Shown here: positions 28,240 to 38,437 of the stretch, one piece after another
How the letters are laid out: each line of letters opens with the position of its first letter
Position numbering within the stretch: position 1 is the first letter of the stretch
Sequence record: AP029161.1
DNA from: a plasmid
Length of the DNA: 64,000 bases
Reading direction: 5' to 3' (one strand)
Notes under the pieces: model-generated
What the model was told of the DNA's origin: nothing
The model's database searches: none
What the model saw: the letters and a program-made list of their open reading frames with translations, nothing else
Position numbers and translations under genes: made by a program

Positions 28240-29330
28240 TGGTGTCAGTCAGTAACGTTGTCGAAGTTAATTTATCTCGACAAACAGCAGTTCCTAAAGA
28301 GGAAACATTTAATGTCCCATTAATATTAGGATTTAATAATTTACCTGCTTTCAATGATAAATTAGCACTGGAGTTTTATGACCCAAGTGAACTACTAGAC
28401 CCTAGTATTGGGTTCACAAGCACAAGTAAAGAATATTTGATGGCACAACAAATCTTTATGCAGGAGCCATCAATTAAAAAGTTTGTGGTTGGAAAAAGAA
28501 AAGTAAGTGTAGTAAATCCAACAGATGCAACAAAATCAATTTATAAAATTACTGATGACCTAGATGAAATTATTAGAGCAAATAACAACTGGTACGCTCT
28601 TTTTCTTGCTGACTTTTCAGAAAAAGATGACTTAATGCAAGCGTGCAAATGGGTTGAAGCGAGTAAAAATAAAATTGGTTCTTTTAGATCTGCTGATAAA
28701 AATATTTTAGATAGTTCAAAAAATTCTGATATTGCAAATACTTTAGCAGCAGTTGGATTTAATAGATCAATGTTAACCTACCATGCAACAAATAATGAAT
28801 TTCCAGAGGCTGCAATTTTAGGAAAATTTCTATCAAAAGAAGCTGGAACATACTGTTTAGCACATAAAAATCTAAACGGGATAACAAGTCAAAATATTTT
28901 GGATAGAGAATTTAAAGCAATTCAAAACGCTTCTTGTAATGTTTATACTGATATTCTCAGTACTCCCACATTTCAAGACGGTCGTGTATTAAATAAAGTT
29001 ACTAATTTTATAGATAATCCTATTACAGAAGATTCTCTTAAAGCAAAATTACAATCAAGAATTTTCGGTACATTTTCATTAGTTGATAAAGTTTCTTATG
29101 ATAGTGATGGACTTTTAATAATCGAAAACCAAATAAGATCTGTTTTGGAAGAATTTGAAAAGAAAAAAGCTATTCTTAAAGGTTGGGAAGTTAGAGTTCC
29201 TAAATTAGAAGAAATAATTAAAAAGTATAAGGAAGACAGACAGAAAAGAGAACTAAATAATATTTGGTTTAATGCAATAATTAATGGAGCAATACAAAAA
29301 GTTTCAGTAAACGGATTTATTTCATATTAA
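28239..29330 (+). CDS. tail sheath protein
   Basis: 363 aa, directly upstream of the tube, chaperone and tape-measure genes. Confidence 0.5.
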   Translation: MVSVSNVVEVNLSRQTAVPKEETFNVPLILGFNNLPAFNDKLALEFYDPSELLDPSIGFTSTSKEYLMAQQIFMQEPSIKKFVVGKRKVSVVNPTDATKSIYKITDDLDEIIRANNNWYALFLADFSEKDDLMQACKWVEASKNKIGSFRSADKNILDSSKNSDIANTLAAVGFNRSMLTYHATNNEFPEAAILGKFLSKEAGTYCLAHKNLNGITSQNILDREFKAIQNASCNVYTDILSTPTFQDGRVLNKVTNFIDNPITEDSLKAKLQSRIFGTFSLVDKVSYDSDGLLIIENQIRSVLEEFEKKKAILKGWEVRVPKLEEIIKKYKEDRQKRELNNIWFNAIINGAIQKVSVNGFISY

Positions 29331-29347
29331 TTTAGAAAGGTTAAATA

Positions 29348-29806
29348 ATGGCGATAGCAACTTACTCTCCAAAAGATGTAAAAGTCGTAGTTGGTGCAGC
29401 ACCAATGGTTGGTTTTGCAGATGGGAGTTTTGTAGATGTTGAATATAACGAGGAGGCTTTTAAACCATTTACGGGCGCAGATGGTAATCATGCTCGCACA
29501 AAAAATGCAAACGAAAGCGGAAAAATTACAATCAAATTAAGTCAGACTTCTCCATGCAATGATATTTTATCTGTAATCCACAACGTGGATAGAGAAACAG
29601 GAAATGGCATTGTTCCAATTATTATCAAAGATAATTATGGGACAACTTTAGTTGTTGGAGCTGAGTGTTACATCGAAAAATCTCCAAAAATTGGTTACGG
29701 AAAAGAAATCGAAGGAAGAGAATGGGTTTTTTATGTAGCTAAATTAAAAATGCATCTTGGCGGAAATAATGTTTATGGACAACTTTATGATGGAGGTAAT
29801 AAATAA
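29348..29806 (+). CDS. tail tube protein
   Basis: 152 aa; lies between sheath and chaperone. Confidence 0.5.
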   Translation: MAIATYSPKDVKVVVGAAPMVGFADGSFVDVEYNEEAFKPFTGADGNHARTKNANESGKITIKLSQTSPCNDILSVIHNVDRETGNGIVPIIIKDNYGTTLVVGAECYIEKSPKIGYGKEIEGREWVFYVAKLKMHLGGNNVYGQLYDGGNK

Positions 29807-29808
29807 TA

Positions 29809-30342
29809 ATGAGTAAAGATTTAGGAAAAGATTTATTCACTGCAATTAATTTAGATGGATATGAATATATTTGTTATCTATGGAATTCAGATAAAGCTGC
29901 TCGCTGGGTAAGGCGGTGTCAAGAAATATTTTTTAAACCTATTGCAGCTACAATCGGGAAAAATATTTCAGTTGAACAATTTTCACCAGATGAGTTTGAA
30001 TTAAAAAATATGCAATTAGATATCGAAAATGGTTTTAATTCATTTTTAAACTCTGTTGATGAAGTAAAATACGTTCAATATTTGAAAGAATTATTTGCTG
30101 GAGTTGCATACAAAAATAATTCAATAAATTTTGAAATGCATTTCAGAGGAAAAATGCTCCATATGCACAAACTCGCATACAAAATTTTGGAGTTTCAATT
30201 AGCGGATTTTTTCGACGCCGTGAGAGGCGGCGCATCGAGATACCTCTCTCAGGCATCGAACAAAAAATCCATCAACTTGACGGAGGAGAAATTGAATGGG
30301 GAGTCTGGCGATTGGTCGCAGGAAGGCTTGGAAACCCAGTAG
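29809..30342 (+). CDS. tail assembly chaperone (0-frame product, gpG-like)
   Basis: Position before the TMP. Contains the slippery site TTTTTTC. Confidence 0.6.
   Translation: MSKDLGKDLFTAINLDGYEYICYLWNSDKAARWVRRCQEIFFKPIAATIGKNISVEQFSPDEFELKNMQLDIENGFNSFLNSVDEVKYVQYLKELFAGVAYKNNSINFEMHFRGKMLHMHKLAYKILEFQLADFFDAVRGGASRYLSQASNKKSINLTEEKLNGESGDWSQEGLETQ
30207..30213 (+). other. -1 programmed ribosomal frameshift site T_TTT_TTC with downstream hairpin CGCCG-TGAGAG-GCGGCG
   Basis: Heptamer is in the X_XXY_YYZ phase of the 29809 frame. The -1 frame stays open to TGA at 30453..30455 (gpGT-like extension ..EIKNNWSLYDVANAHDYLDLKQEQEHLMNEYMKSKKQ). Confidence 0.6.
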
Positions 30343-30451
30343 AAATTAAAAATAATTGGTCTCTATATGATGTTGCAAATGCTCATGATTATCTTGATTT
30401 AAAGCAAGAGCAAGAGCATCTAATGAATGAATACATGAAGAGTAAAAAGCA

Positions 30452-33400
30452 ATGACAATAATTCAAGATTTGCAGATTAAAATTGACTTTATACTAAATG
30501 AAAAGCAATTAGAAAATCTTGAAAAAATACTTCATAATATTAAGGCGGATTCTTTAAGTTTAGGAAAGAGTCATGAGGAAATAAATAAAAAGCTAAAAGA
30601 AACTGCTAATATTTATGCTAAAGAGATATTTAGTAAAAGAGAAAATTTAAGCTTAAATAGAAAGCTGAGTGACTCTCAACATAAATTCAACGAAGCTATC
30701 AAACAAACAAATAAGCTTATTGCTTCTAGTAAAGATTTAACTCAAGACCAGTTAAAACAATTTCAAATTAAAGCCCCATCAGCTCCTAGAATTCCTCGAC
30801 AAAAAAAAGAAGTAGTTGTCGAAGAAATTAAAAAAGTAATTCAAGAAAAAGTTCAACCTAAAGTTGAAAAAAAAAGAAGATCTTTGCCTGATGCTAAACT
30901 AAGGATTCAGGAACTCGAAAATAATCTTTTTAGCGGATTTTTTAATAAAAGCTATGGTGTAACTCCAACTTTTCTAAAAAACATAGAAAATCAAAAACCT
31001 AAAGATAATACATTAAATTTAGGAAGTAATTTAAATAAAAATATCAACGCAGCTAATAGCAGCGCAATCAATTTGAAATCAAATTTAAATTCATTGAATT
31101 CTATTTTTTTAAATACGACTAAAATTAAAGTTCCTCTTCCACAAATTCCAATTCAAAATCCTGTACAAAATATTCCTATTGCTCCAAAAGTACCCAATTT
31201 TGTATTAGAAAAAAATTCAGGTATTGTTAAGGATTTAAATTTAAAAATAAATTTTGACTTAAATGATCAACAATTAAAAGCATTAGAAAATACAATTCAT
31301 AATATAAAATCTGAAGCTTTAGGTTTAGGTCATAGTCATGAAGCTATTAATAAAAGTATTCAAAAAAATGCGAATTTGTATGCAATTGCAACATTGGATG
31401 CAGAAAATAAGTTAAATCAATTAAGCAACTCTGATTATGAATTTGCAGAAGCTTTAAAACAATCTAATTTAGGGATGTATGAAGATATCAAATTAAAAAG
31501 CATACAAGCTAAAGAAGGAAGCAAAGTATATCAAATTAATACAAAGATTATTGAATCTCAAAAAAGATATAATGATTTAAAAAGACAAGGCGCAAATTTC
31601 ACTTCGTTTTCTGACTTTCTTAAGAAAGAAGCTTTAGTTGAAAAGCAAATTCAAGACCAGAATAATAGAAATTTATTGAAAAAAATTGTTCTATATAAAG
31701 ATTTATCTACTCAAGTTGCAAGTACAGGAAATAAAATAGCTCAGTCTAATCAAACAATAAATAAGAGTTTAACTAGTGCAAATTATAGAATAAATAATTT
31801 TTCAGATAATCTAAGAAATTTTACTTCTCAATTAATGTTTGTAAATCCTGCAACAATGTCCTTTGCTTTTGCTCTCCAAGGCTTTGGGCAAATGTTTAAA
31901 TCTTTATCGGTTATTGCTCAAAATTCTACCGATATTGTTAAAAAATCTATTGCTTCCTTGCAACAAATTATTTTTGGATTGGGAGTTGCTGCCGCTGGAG
32001 CTGCAGGCAGTGTAGCTTATATTTCACTTTCAACAGCTAAATATGCTGAAGATATTAAAAAGAATTCTGAAATTATTGGTATGAGCGCAGACGAGTATCA
32101 GAGAATTTCTTATGCTGCAAAAATTAGTGGAATAAATCAGCAGGAAATGGCCAGTTCTATGTCTGGTTTATTTCAAGCATTAAAAACTAATAAAGATGGA
32201 ACTCTTTCAGAAGTTCAAGAGAGGTTTATAAGTTTAGGAGTTGCATTAAAAAAGTCCAATGGTGAAGCAAGAAATGTATCTGAAATTCTTAGTGATGTAG
32301 CAGATAAATTTTCTAAAATAGATTCTCCAGTTAAAAGAGCAATATTAGCGGCTGAATTATTTGGTGAAGGCGGTAGAAAAATGCTGCCATTTTTAAGCGA
32401 AGGTTCAGAAAAATTAAGACAACTAGGAATTGAAGCTGAATTGACTGGAAATGTTTTATCTGATGAACAAGTTACTAAATTAGTTATTTTGCAAAATAGT
32501 TATCGCCGTTTAACTTCAATGTTGCATGGATTAAAATTATCAATTGGTATGAGTTTAATCCCATTTATGAGTAATGTTATTCGTAGACTTTCTGATTGGT
32601 ACGAAGCTAACGGGATGATTATACGTCAAAATCTATCTTCATTTTTTACAAATGTTTCTGATAGCCTTGGGCGTTTTGCTCAATTAATAAGAAACACATA
32701 TAATGTAATAACTGGATTTGCGGAAGGATTGGATAAAATAGGAATTTCTCTTTCATTTATTTCAAAAATATTATTACTTTTTGCAAGCTGGAAATTATTT
32801 GGAATTATCGGAAATATTTTATTAGGAAAATCAACTACAGGATTTTTTGGATTTATAGCCTCCAAATTTAGATGGCTTTATGCTGTTATCGCTGGGTTTT
32901 TTACTAGCATAGCTACATTTGCAACAACTCTAATTGCTGCATTTGGCTCAGGCGGATTAACTGGAGTATTAATATTTTTGGGAGATGTGATTTTAGGAAT
33001 ATTGGGGGCATTATTTACTGTTCCTGTTTTAATTGGCCTTGCTGTAGCTGGAATATTTTTATTAATCCAAGATTTTCTAACATGGATGGAAGGTGGAGAT
33101 TCTTTATTTAAGCGGATGTTTGGTGATTGGGAGCCAGCGAAAAAGAAGATAGATGAATTTATTGAAAATGTTAAACTATTTTTTAAAAATATGTGGCAAG
33201 ATATAAAGAACTTCTTCATAGAAAAATTTATAAATCCTATTAAAGAACATGGTTTAGTCGGGATTGTAGAAGCATTTGGAAATTTATTTATAAAAATATG
33301 TGAACTAATTGTAAAATTCACTTTATATTTAGAAGATAAATTCGTTGAAATATGTTCTTCATTATTTGATATTATTGCTGAATACTCGCCTAAGTTATTT

Positions 33401-33964
33401 AGCTATATTTGTGATAAAATAAAAGATTTATGGAATTTTTTAAAGCCATATTTAAAAACATTTTTTAACTGGATAATATATTCTACTCTTGACGGATTTA
33501 AATCTGTTGGTGATAAAATATATAATGTATTCATAAAAATCGTTGATGATATTAAGAAAATATTTTTGGGATTATTTGATTGGCTTGGTAGTAAATTAAA
33601 TAAAGGTTGGGATGCTTTTAATAATTTTTTAGGGCTAAGTAATCCTTTTGGTCTATCTAAAGGCAATTCTTATATGATTAAAGCAATTAGTGATGAAAAT
33701 GGTAAACTTAAAATAATTGAAGAAAAAGAACCTAGTAATAAAAACCTAGATAATTCTTTAGGATTCTCTTCTGGAATTCCTAGACTTAATAATAATATAA
33801 ACAACACTAATAAAAATGTTAATTTTAATATTCAATCTCCTTTAAATTTAAATGTATCTTCTAATTCAGATCCCCAAGAAATCGCTAGCATGGTTCAAAA
33901 AACATGGACTGAAAACTGGGAATACCAAATGCGAATTGCAAATGATAATATTTATAGAGGTTAA
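30452..33964 (+). CDS. tail tape measure protein
   Basis: 1170 aa, internal duplication, central hydrophobic segments. Its ATG overlaps the stop of the frameshift product. Confidence 0.85.
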   Translation: MTIIQDLQIKIDFILNEKQLENLEKILHNIKADSLSLGKSHEEINKKLKETANIYAKEIFSKRENLSLNRKLSDSQHKFNEAIKQTNKLIASSKDLTQDQLKQFQIKAPSAPRIPRQKKEVVVEEIKKVIQEKVQPKVEKKRRSLPDAKLRIQELENNLFSGFFNKSYGVTPTFLKNIENQKPKDNTLNLGSNLNKNINAANSSAINLKSNLNSLNSIFLNTTKIKVPLPQIPIQNPVQNIPIAPKVPNFVLEKNSGIVKDLNLKINFDLNDQQLKALENTIHNIKSEALGLGHSHEAINKSIQKNANLYAIATLDAENKLNQLSNSDYEFAEALKQSNLGMYEDIKLKSIQAKEGSKVYQINTKIIESQKRYNDLKRQGANFTSFSDFLKKEALVEKQIQDQNNRNLLKKIVLYKDLSTQVASTGNKIAQSNQTINKSLTSANYRINNFSDNLRNFTSQLMFVNPATMSFAFALQGFGQMFKSLSVIAQNSTDIVKKSIASLQQIIFGLGVAAAGAAGSVAYISLSTAKYAEDIKKNSEIIGMSADEYQRISYAAKISGINQQEMASSMSGLFQALKTNKDGTLSEVQERFISLGVALKKSNGEARNVSEILSDVADKFSKIDSPVKRAILAAELFGEGGRKMLPFLSEGSEKLRQLGIEAELTGNVLSDEQVTKLVILQNSYRRLTSMLHGLKLSIGMSLIPFMSNVIRRLSDWYEANGMIIRQNLSSFFTNVSDSLGRFAQLIRNTYNVITGFAEGLDKIGISLSFISKILLLFASWKLFGIIGNILLGKSTTGFFGFIASKFRWLYAVIAGFFTSIATFATTLIAAFGSGGLTGVLIFLGDVILGILGALFTVPVLIGLAVAGIFLLIQDFLTWMEGGDSLFKRMFGDWEPAKKKIDEFIENVKLFFKNMWQDIKNFFIEKFINPIKEHGLVGIVEAFGNLFIKICELIVKFTLYLEDKFVEICSSLFDIIAEYSPKLFSYICDKIKDLWNFLKPYLKTFFNWIIYSTLDGFKSVGDKIYNVFIKIVDDIKKIFLGLFDWLGSKLNKGWDAFNNFLGLSNPFGLSKGNSYMIKAISDENGKLKIIEEKEPSNKNLDNSLGFSSGIPRLNNNINNTNKNVNFNIQSPLNLNVSSNSDPQEIASMVQKTWTENWEYQMRIANDNIYRG

Positions 33965-33969
33965 TTAGT

Positions 33970-34545
33970 ATGGGGCTATTAAGTTTTTTTCAAAACGGTA
34001 AATCATGTTTGGCTTTTGATGATTTGGATATTGATGTTTCTTTATCAGAAACTCATTCATACGAGTCAGATATTACCAAAAACCCAGTCGAAAAAGGTTC
34101 TCCAATTTGTGATAATATTGTGCATAAACAACCCAAAGTTTCTATTAAAGGTTTATGCAGTCCATTGAAAATTGAATACTTAGGCGGAATAAAAGCTATG
34201 TCCGCTCAGTCTTTCGTCCAAAATAAATGGCAACAATTATTAAAATTAAAACTATCAGGTGAAACTCTTACATTATTTACAGGTCTTGATATTTATCCTG
34301 ATATGATAATGACAACTTTGAATAAAACAAGAGACGCTTCAAACTCAAATCATTTAGAATTCACAGCTACTTTTGAAAGAATAAAAATTGTTCCAGTTGA
34401 ATATACTTCTTTAAAAATAAATATGCCAAAATCTGCAAGCAAATCAAAAGTAAACTCAGAAAATAAAACTAATGCTGGATTACAAGAGAAAAAACCCGCA
34501 AGTAACTCATATATAATTGGTTTAAAGAATTTATTTGGTTTTTAA
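33970..34545 (+). CDS. tail protein (XkdP-like position)
   Basis: Immediately after the TMP. Confidence 0.35.
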   Translation: MGLLSFFQNGKSCLAFDDLDIDVSLSETHSYESDITKNPVEKGSPICDNIVHKQPKVSIKGLCSPLKIEYLGGIKAMSAQSFVQNKWQQLLKLKLSGETLTLFTGLDIYPDMIMTTLNKTRDASNSNHLEFTATFERIKIVPVEYTSLKINMPKSASKSKVNSENKTNAGLQEKKPASNSYIIGLKNLFGF

Positions 34546-34582
34546 ATTATAATAATTAGTAAAATAATATAAAATAAATAAT

Positions 34583-34596
34583 TTAGACAGTCCGTT
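34583..34596 (+). promoter_or_regulatory. late-operon motif TTAGACAGTCCGTT, copy 4 (upstream of dam)
   Basis: 39 nt before the ATG at 34635. TATTAA lies 17 bp after TTAGACA. Confidence 0.55.
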
Positions 34597-34634
34597 AATT
34601 CTCTCCTATTAAAAATTTAGGAGGTTTTTTATTT

Positions 34635-35480
34635 ATGCAACCAGCATTTAGCTACTATGGCGGCAAGTGCCGCATGGCAAAAGAGATTTTAAAATTGACA
34701 CCCAATCACGTAACTTACGTGGAACCTTTTTGTGGTTCTGCTGCAGTTTTATTCAAAAAGAATTACATAGAGCCATCAAGTAAATATCAGGAGGTTATTA
34801 ATGATAGTAATGGGTATTTAATTAATTTTTATCGTCAATTAAGAAACAACGGAGATCAGTTAATTGAAAAACTTGAACAAACTCTTTATTCAAAAGCTGA
34901 GCATGAACTAGCAATTAAAATTGCTAAAAATCTTGATCAGTATTCCGAGCTTGAGAGAGCATGGAGTTTCTATGTTAATATTCAGCAATCATTTTCTAGT
35001 TCTTTAAATAAGGTTTGGAATATTTCCAGATGCTCAAAGAGCATGTCGTTTACATGGGTAAATAAGTTAAAAAATTTAAGAGAAATTCACTCAAGGCTTT
35101 TAGAGCTTACTGTAGAAAACGAAGATGCAATTAAATGCATTCAGAAATGGGATGATCATGGGGTCTTTTTTTATGTAGATCCTCCTTATATTAATACTGA
35201 TTGTGGGCATTATAAAGGTTACACTGTAGAACAGTATAAAGAGCTTATTTATACTTTGGATCACTGCAAAGGTTCTTTTATTTTATCATCATATGAGAAT
35301 GAATACTTGCCTAAAAAATGGAAAAAAGAGTTTCATGAACTGAAAGTAACATTTAATTCAAAAATAAAAGATAAGTCTCGGACAGAAGTTTTAAGTTTCG
35401 TAGATCGTTCTCGCTATATTAAAGATGAAAAAATCAAGGAAAATGCTAAAAAATTTGGGGAGTTATTAAGGGCTGTATAG
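34635..35480 (+). CDS. dam: N6-adenine DNA methyltransferase (Dam / D12 class)
   Basis: Motif I VEPFCGSAAV and motif IV DPPY (YVDPPYINTD). SD taggagg. Confidence 0.8.
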   Translation: MQPAFSYYGGKCRMAKEILKLTPNHVTYVEPFCGSAAVLFKKNYIEPSSKYQEVINDSNGYLINFYRQLRNNGDQLIEKLEQTLYSKAEHELAIKIAKNLDQYSELERAWSFYVNIQQSFSSSLNKVWNISRCSKSMSFTWVNKLKNLREIHSRLLELTVENEDAIKCIQKWDDHGVFFYVDPPYINTDCGHYKGYTVEQYKELIYTLDHCKGSFILSSYENEYLPKKWKKEFHELKVTFNSKIKDKSRTEVLSFVDRSRYIKDEKIKENAKKFGELLRAV

Positions 35481-35493
35481 AATATTTAGAACA

Positions 35494-35808
35494 CTATTTT
35501 TTTCTTTTAATTTCATAAATCGTATCGTTTAAAGTATCGTGATCAAATCCAATATAATCTTTTGTTATTTCAACTATTTCTTTTGAAGTTGAATGTGATA
35601 TTTCATTTTTTTTCATCTGCAATTTACTTTTCTTTAGTTCTAGTTCTTGAATTTCAATTAAATGTTTATCAATTTGCAAATCTATTTCTTCTATATCGAG
35701 ATCGATATTTTTAAATTCTAAATTAATTATATTTCTTAACTTGTCTAGCTCTTTTTCTAACATCACAAGAATCCCTCGAAACCAAAATATGATACTATAT
35801 ACTATCAT
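35494..35808 (-). CDS. small coiled-coil protein
   Basis: ORF track; antisense orientation between late units. Confidence 0.35.
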   Translation of the reverse strand: MIVYSIIFWFRGILVMLEKELDKLRNIINLEFKNIDLDIEEIDLQIDKHLIEIQELELKKSKLQMKKNEISHSTSKEIVEITKDYIGFDHDTLNDTIYEIKRKK

Positions 35809-35872
35809 AAATATTATTAATTAACATAAAAAATATAGAAACATTTAAATAAATGATTTTAGTATACTTAAT

Positions 35873-35886
35873 TTAGACAGTCCGTT
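35873..35886 (+). promoter_or_regulatory. late-operon motif TTAGACAGTCCGTT, copy 5
   Basis: 32 nt before the ATG at 35919. Confidence 0.55.
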
Positions 35887-35918
35887 CTTCTTTTTTTAAA
35901 TTGAAAAGAGGAGGTTTT

Positions 35919-36236
35919 ATGGCTTTATTTGAAATCCCATTAATAAAATATAAATATTATGAATTTTCAGTTCCTCTTGATGGAATCTTATATAATTTTG
36001 AATTTTGCTGGAACGAAAGAGCTGAAAGATTTTTTATTAGCCTTTTTGATTCAGAAAAGAACTTAATTATAGCGAGTGTCCCTGCAGTTTTAAAAATCCC
36101 ACTTTTTTATGGAATAAAAGAAAAAAGACTCCCTAAAGGACAGCTATTATTTATAGACACGACTAATTCATTAAAAAAACATAATTTTGAGGATTTTGGA
36201 ACAAAAATAAAATTATTTTATGAAGGAAAAAATTAA
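35919..36236 (+). CDS. baseplate-module protein (start revised from the TTG at 35901 to the ATG at 35919)
   Basis: SD agaggagg lies 5 nt upstream of the ATG. Confidence 0.4.
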   Translation: MALFEIPLIKYKYYEFSVPLDGILYNFEFCWNERAERFFISLFDSEKNLIIASVPAVLKIPLFYGIKEKRLPKGQLLFIDTTNSLKKHNFEDFGTKIKLFYEGKN

Positions 36237-37066
36237 TGGAAAAGGAAATGCAATTTGAAAGGAATATTTCAATTATTGTCACTCCTTCTATTGGTGGAGA
36301 AGGTTTAATTTTTAAAAACTTTAGAATTAATTTTGAAGTACAAAAAAGTGTTGAAAAAAAAGTACAAAATACAGCAAAAATTCAAATATACAACTTAGGA
36401 GATAATTCGTTTAATTTTATAAAACAAAATAATATGGTAGTAACAATTAAAGTTAGATGGAAAGATCAAACCGATAAATTACTATTTTTTGGCAAAATTA
36501 ATAGAGCTTCTAAAGAAAAAAAAGATACTGATTGGATTATAAAAATTGAATCAGGAGATTCAGGAAATGCTTATAATTCAGCAAAATTAAGTAAATCTTA
36601 TCCTGAAAAAACTACTCATACAAATGTATTTGAGGATTTAAAAAACGAATTACTCAAAGGAAATATTATAAAAGGTATAAAAGGTTTTTTCTCAAGTGAT
36701 AATTTATTTAATAATGGATTTGCAGCGCATGGAAACGTTGGAAATTTAATGGATAATATTCTTACAGCTAATAATTACGAATGGCAAATTAATAATGGAA
36801 TACTAGAAATTCAAAAAAAAGGAACTTCTAATCAAATAATTAAATTAAGTTCAGAAAGTGGTCTTTTAGATTCTCCTGAAGTTACTGAAAATGGAATTAA
36901 GGCAACATGCTTATTGCAATCTGAAATCGCCCCGTTAAGACAAGTTTACGTCGAGAGTCTTTACATTAAAGGTGTTTTTATTCCTACAAAAGTTACTCAT
37001 TCAGGAGATAATTTAGAAGGAAAATTCCAAACAACATTCGAAACTAGCGAGAAGAAAAAGAAATGA
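36236..37066 (+). CDS. baseplate hub/XkdQ-like protein
   Basis: Position. Confidence 0.35.
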   Translation: MEKEMQFERNISIIVTPSIGGEGLIFKNFRINFEVQKSVEKKVQNTAKIQIYNLGDNSFNFIKQNNMVVTIKVRWKDQTDKLLFFGKINRASKEKKDTDWIIKIESGDSGNAYNSAKLSKSYPEKTTHTNVFEDLKNELLKGNIIKGIKGFFSSDNLFNNGFAAHGNVGNLMDNILTANNYEWQINNGILEIQKKGTSNQIIKLSSESGLLDSPEVTENGIKATCLLQSEIAPLRQVYVESLYIKGVFIPTKVTHSGDNLEGKFQTTFETSEKKKK

Positions 37067-37836
37067 GTACACCTTCATTTTATCAAGTAATATTTGATAC
37101 AATTGATTCTCATATCAAAAAAATTCACACATCTATGCCTGCTATAGTAAAATCATATGATGAGAAGCTTCAAAAAATTTCTGTGCAACCATGCTTTATG
37201 GATAAAGAAATTGATGAAATAACAGGACTGGAAATACCTAAACCTTTACCAGTTATCCAATCTGTTCCAGTTTTATTTCCAAGAACAAAATTTTCTTACA
37301 TTCACTTTCCAATTGATATAGGTGATTATGTTTTGTTAATTTTTACAGAAAGAAGCATTGATAAATTTACGCAAATTGGTGGTCTTGTTGAGTCCGATGC
37401 TAATTATAAACATGAACTAACTGATTGTGTTGCTCTAGCTGGCTTTTATCCTTTTTCTCATCCAATGCTAGGTGTAGACAAAAAAGCTTTGCAAATAGTA
37501 AATAATTTGTCAGAAATTAAGCTAGCAGAAGATGGAAAAATTTATTTGTCAAATCGTGGAGCTGTTTCTGCAGAAGCTAAACTTCCAGATGAACCTTTAG
37601 TTTTAGGAAATATATTAGTTGAATTTTCTAATAAATTAATTGAATTAATTGATAAAATAGCAGACGCTTTACAAAAAAATATAGGGGTTGGCAATTTAGG
37701 AGCTCCAGTTCCTGCTTCTCCATCACTAATAGCTGAATTAAAAAAAATTCAAATTGAATTAAAAAACAACAAAAGTATTTATTTAGATAACAGTGAAACA
37801 AATATAAATTCAAACCATTTTTTTGGAGAAAAATAA
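37063..37836 (+). CDS. baseplate protein (spike/XkdR-like position)
   Basis: Position. Confidence 0.35.
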   Translation: MSTPSFYQVIFDTIDSHIKKIHTSMPAIVKSYDEKLQKISVQPCFMDKEIDEITGLEIPKPLPVIQSVPVLFPRTKFSYIHFPIDIGDYVLLIFTERSIDKFTQIGGLVESDANYKHELTDCVALAGFYPFSHPMLGVDKKALQIVNNLSEIKLAEDGKIYLSNRGAVSAEAKLPDEPLVLGNILVEFSNKLIELIDKIADALQKNIGVGNLGAPVPASPSLIAELKKIQIELKNNKSIYLDNSETNINSNHFFGEK

Positions 37837-38063
37837 TGCCTTATACAAGTGCGGATGGAAAAGCTATTTATTTAAAAAATTTAAAAATTTCACTAAATAT
37901 GTCTGACTCTGATGCAAATCAAGAAATATTAGACAAGCAAGCTGAAGCTTTTGCTAAATCAATAGAAGAAATTTTACCTTTAATTTTAGTGACTGTGAGT
38001 CCATTAGGATTAGCAAACCCAGCTGGAAAAGTTGAAGGTATAGCTTTTGGTAAATTGTCATGA
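37836..38063 (+). CDS. small baseplate-module protein
   Basis: Position. Confidence 0.3.
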   Translation: MPYTSADGKAIYLKNLKISLNMSDSDANQEILDKQAEAFAKSIEEILPLILVTVSPLGLANPAGKVEGIAFGKLS

Positions 38064-38437
38064 TTGATCTCAAACTAAATGATGAGAACGATTTAGTTAT
38101 TAATCATACAGGTGATTTTGAGTTAATAAATAACGAAAAAGAATATTACAAACAGAAAGTAAAGTTAGAATTAAATACATTTTATAGCGAGTGGTTTTTA
38201 GATTCTGAAGTAGGTCTTGCTTGGCATGAGATGTTAGGAAATAAAGATTTTGATGAATCCAAATTAAATTTATATTTAAAGAAAAAAATTGAAGAAATAG
38301 ATGGAGTTAAAGAAGTTGAAATAATTAGTTCAGATTTAAATAGAGAAAAAAGACATTGTAATATAAGTTTAAAAATAAAAACAAAAAATGAGATTATCCA
38401 ACTAAATAATATTAAAGCAGGTAACAAAAATGGATAA
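38060..38437 (+). CDS. baseplate wedge protein (XkdS/gp25-like by size and position)
   Basis: 125 aa, immediately upstream of the baseplate J-like gene. Confidence 0.4.
   Translation: MIDLKLNDENDLVINHTGDFELINNEKEYYKQKVKLELNTFYSEWFLDSEVGLAWHEMLGNKDFDESKLNLYLKKKIEEIDGVKEVEIISSDLNREKRHCNISLKIKTKNEIIQLNNIKAGNKNG

Noticed and set aside
32680-33666. Three minus-strand ORFs (61-147 aa) within the tape measure gene
   Set aside because: Embedded antisense of an 1170-aa gene with a strong protein signature
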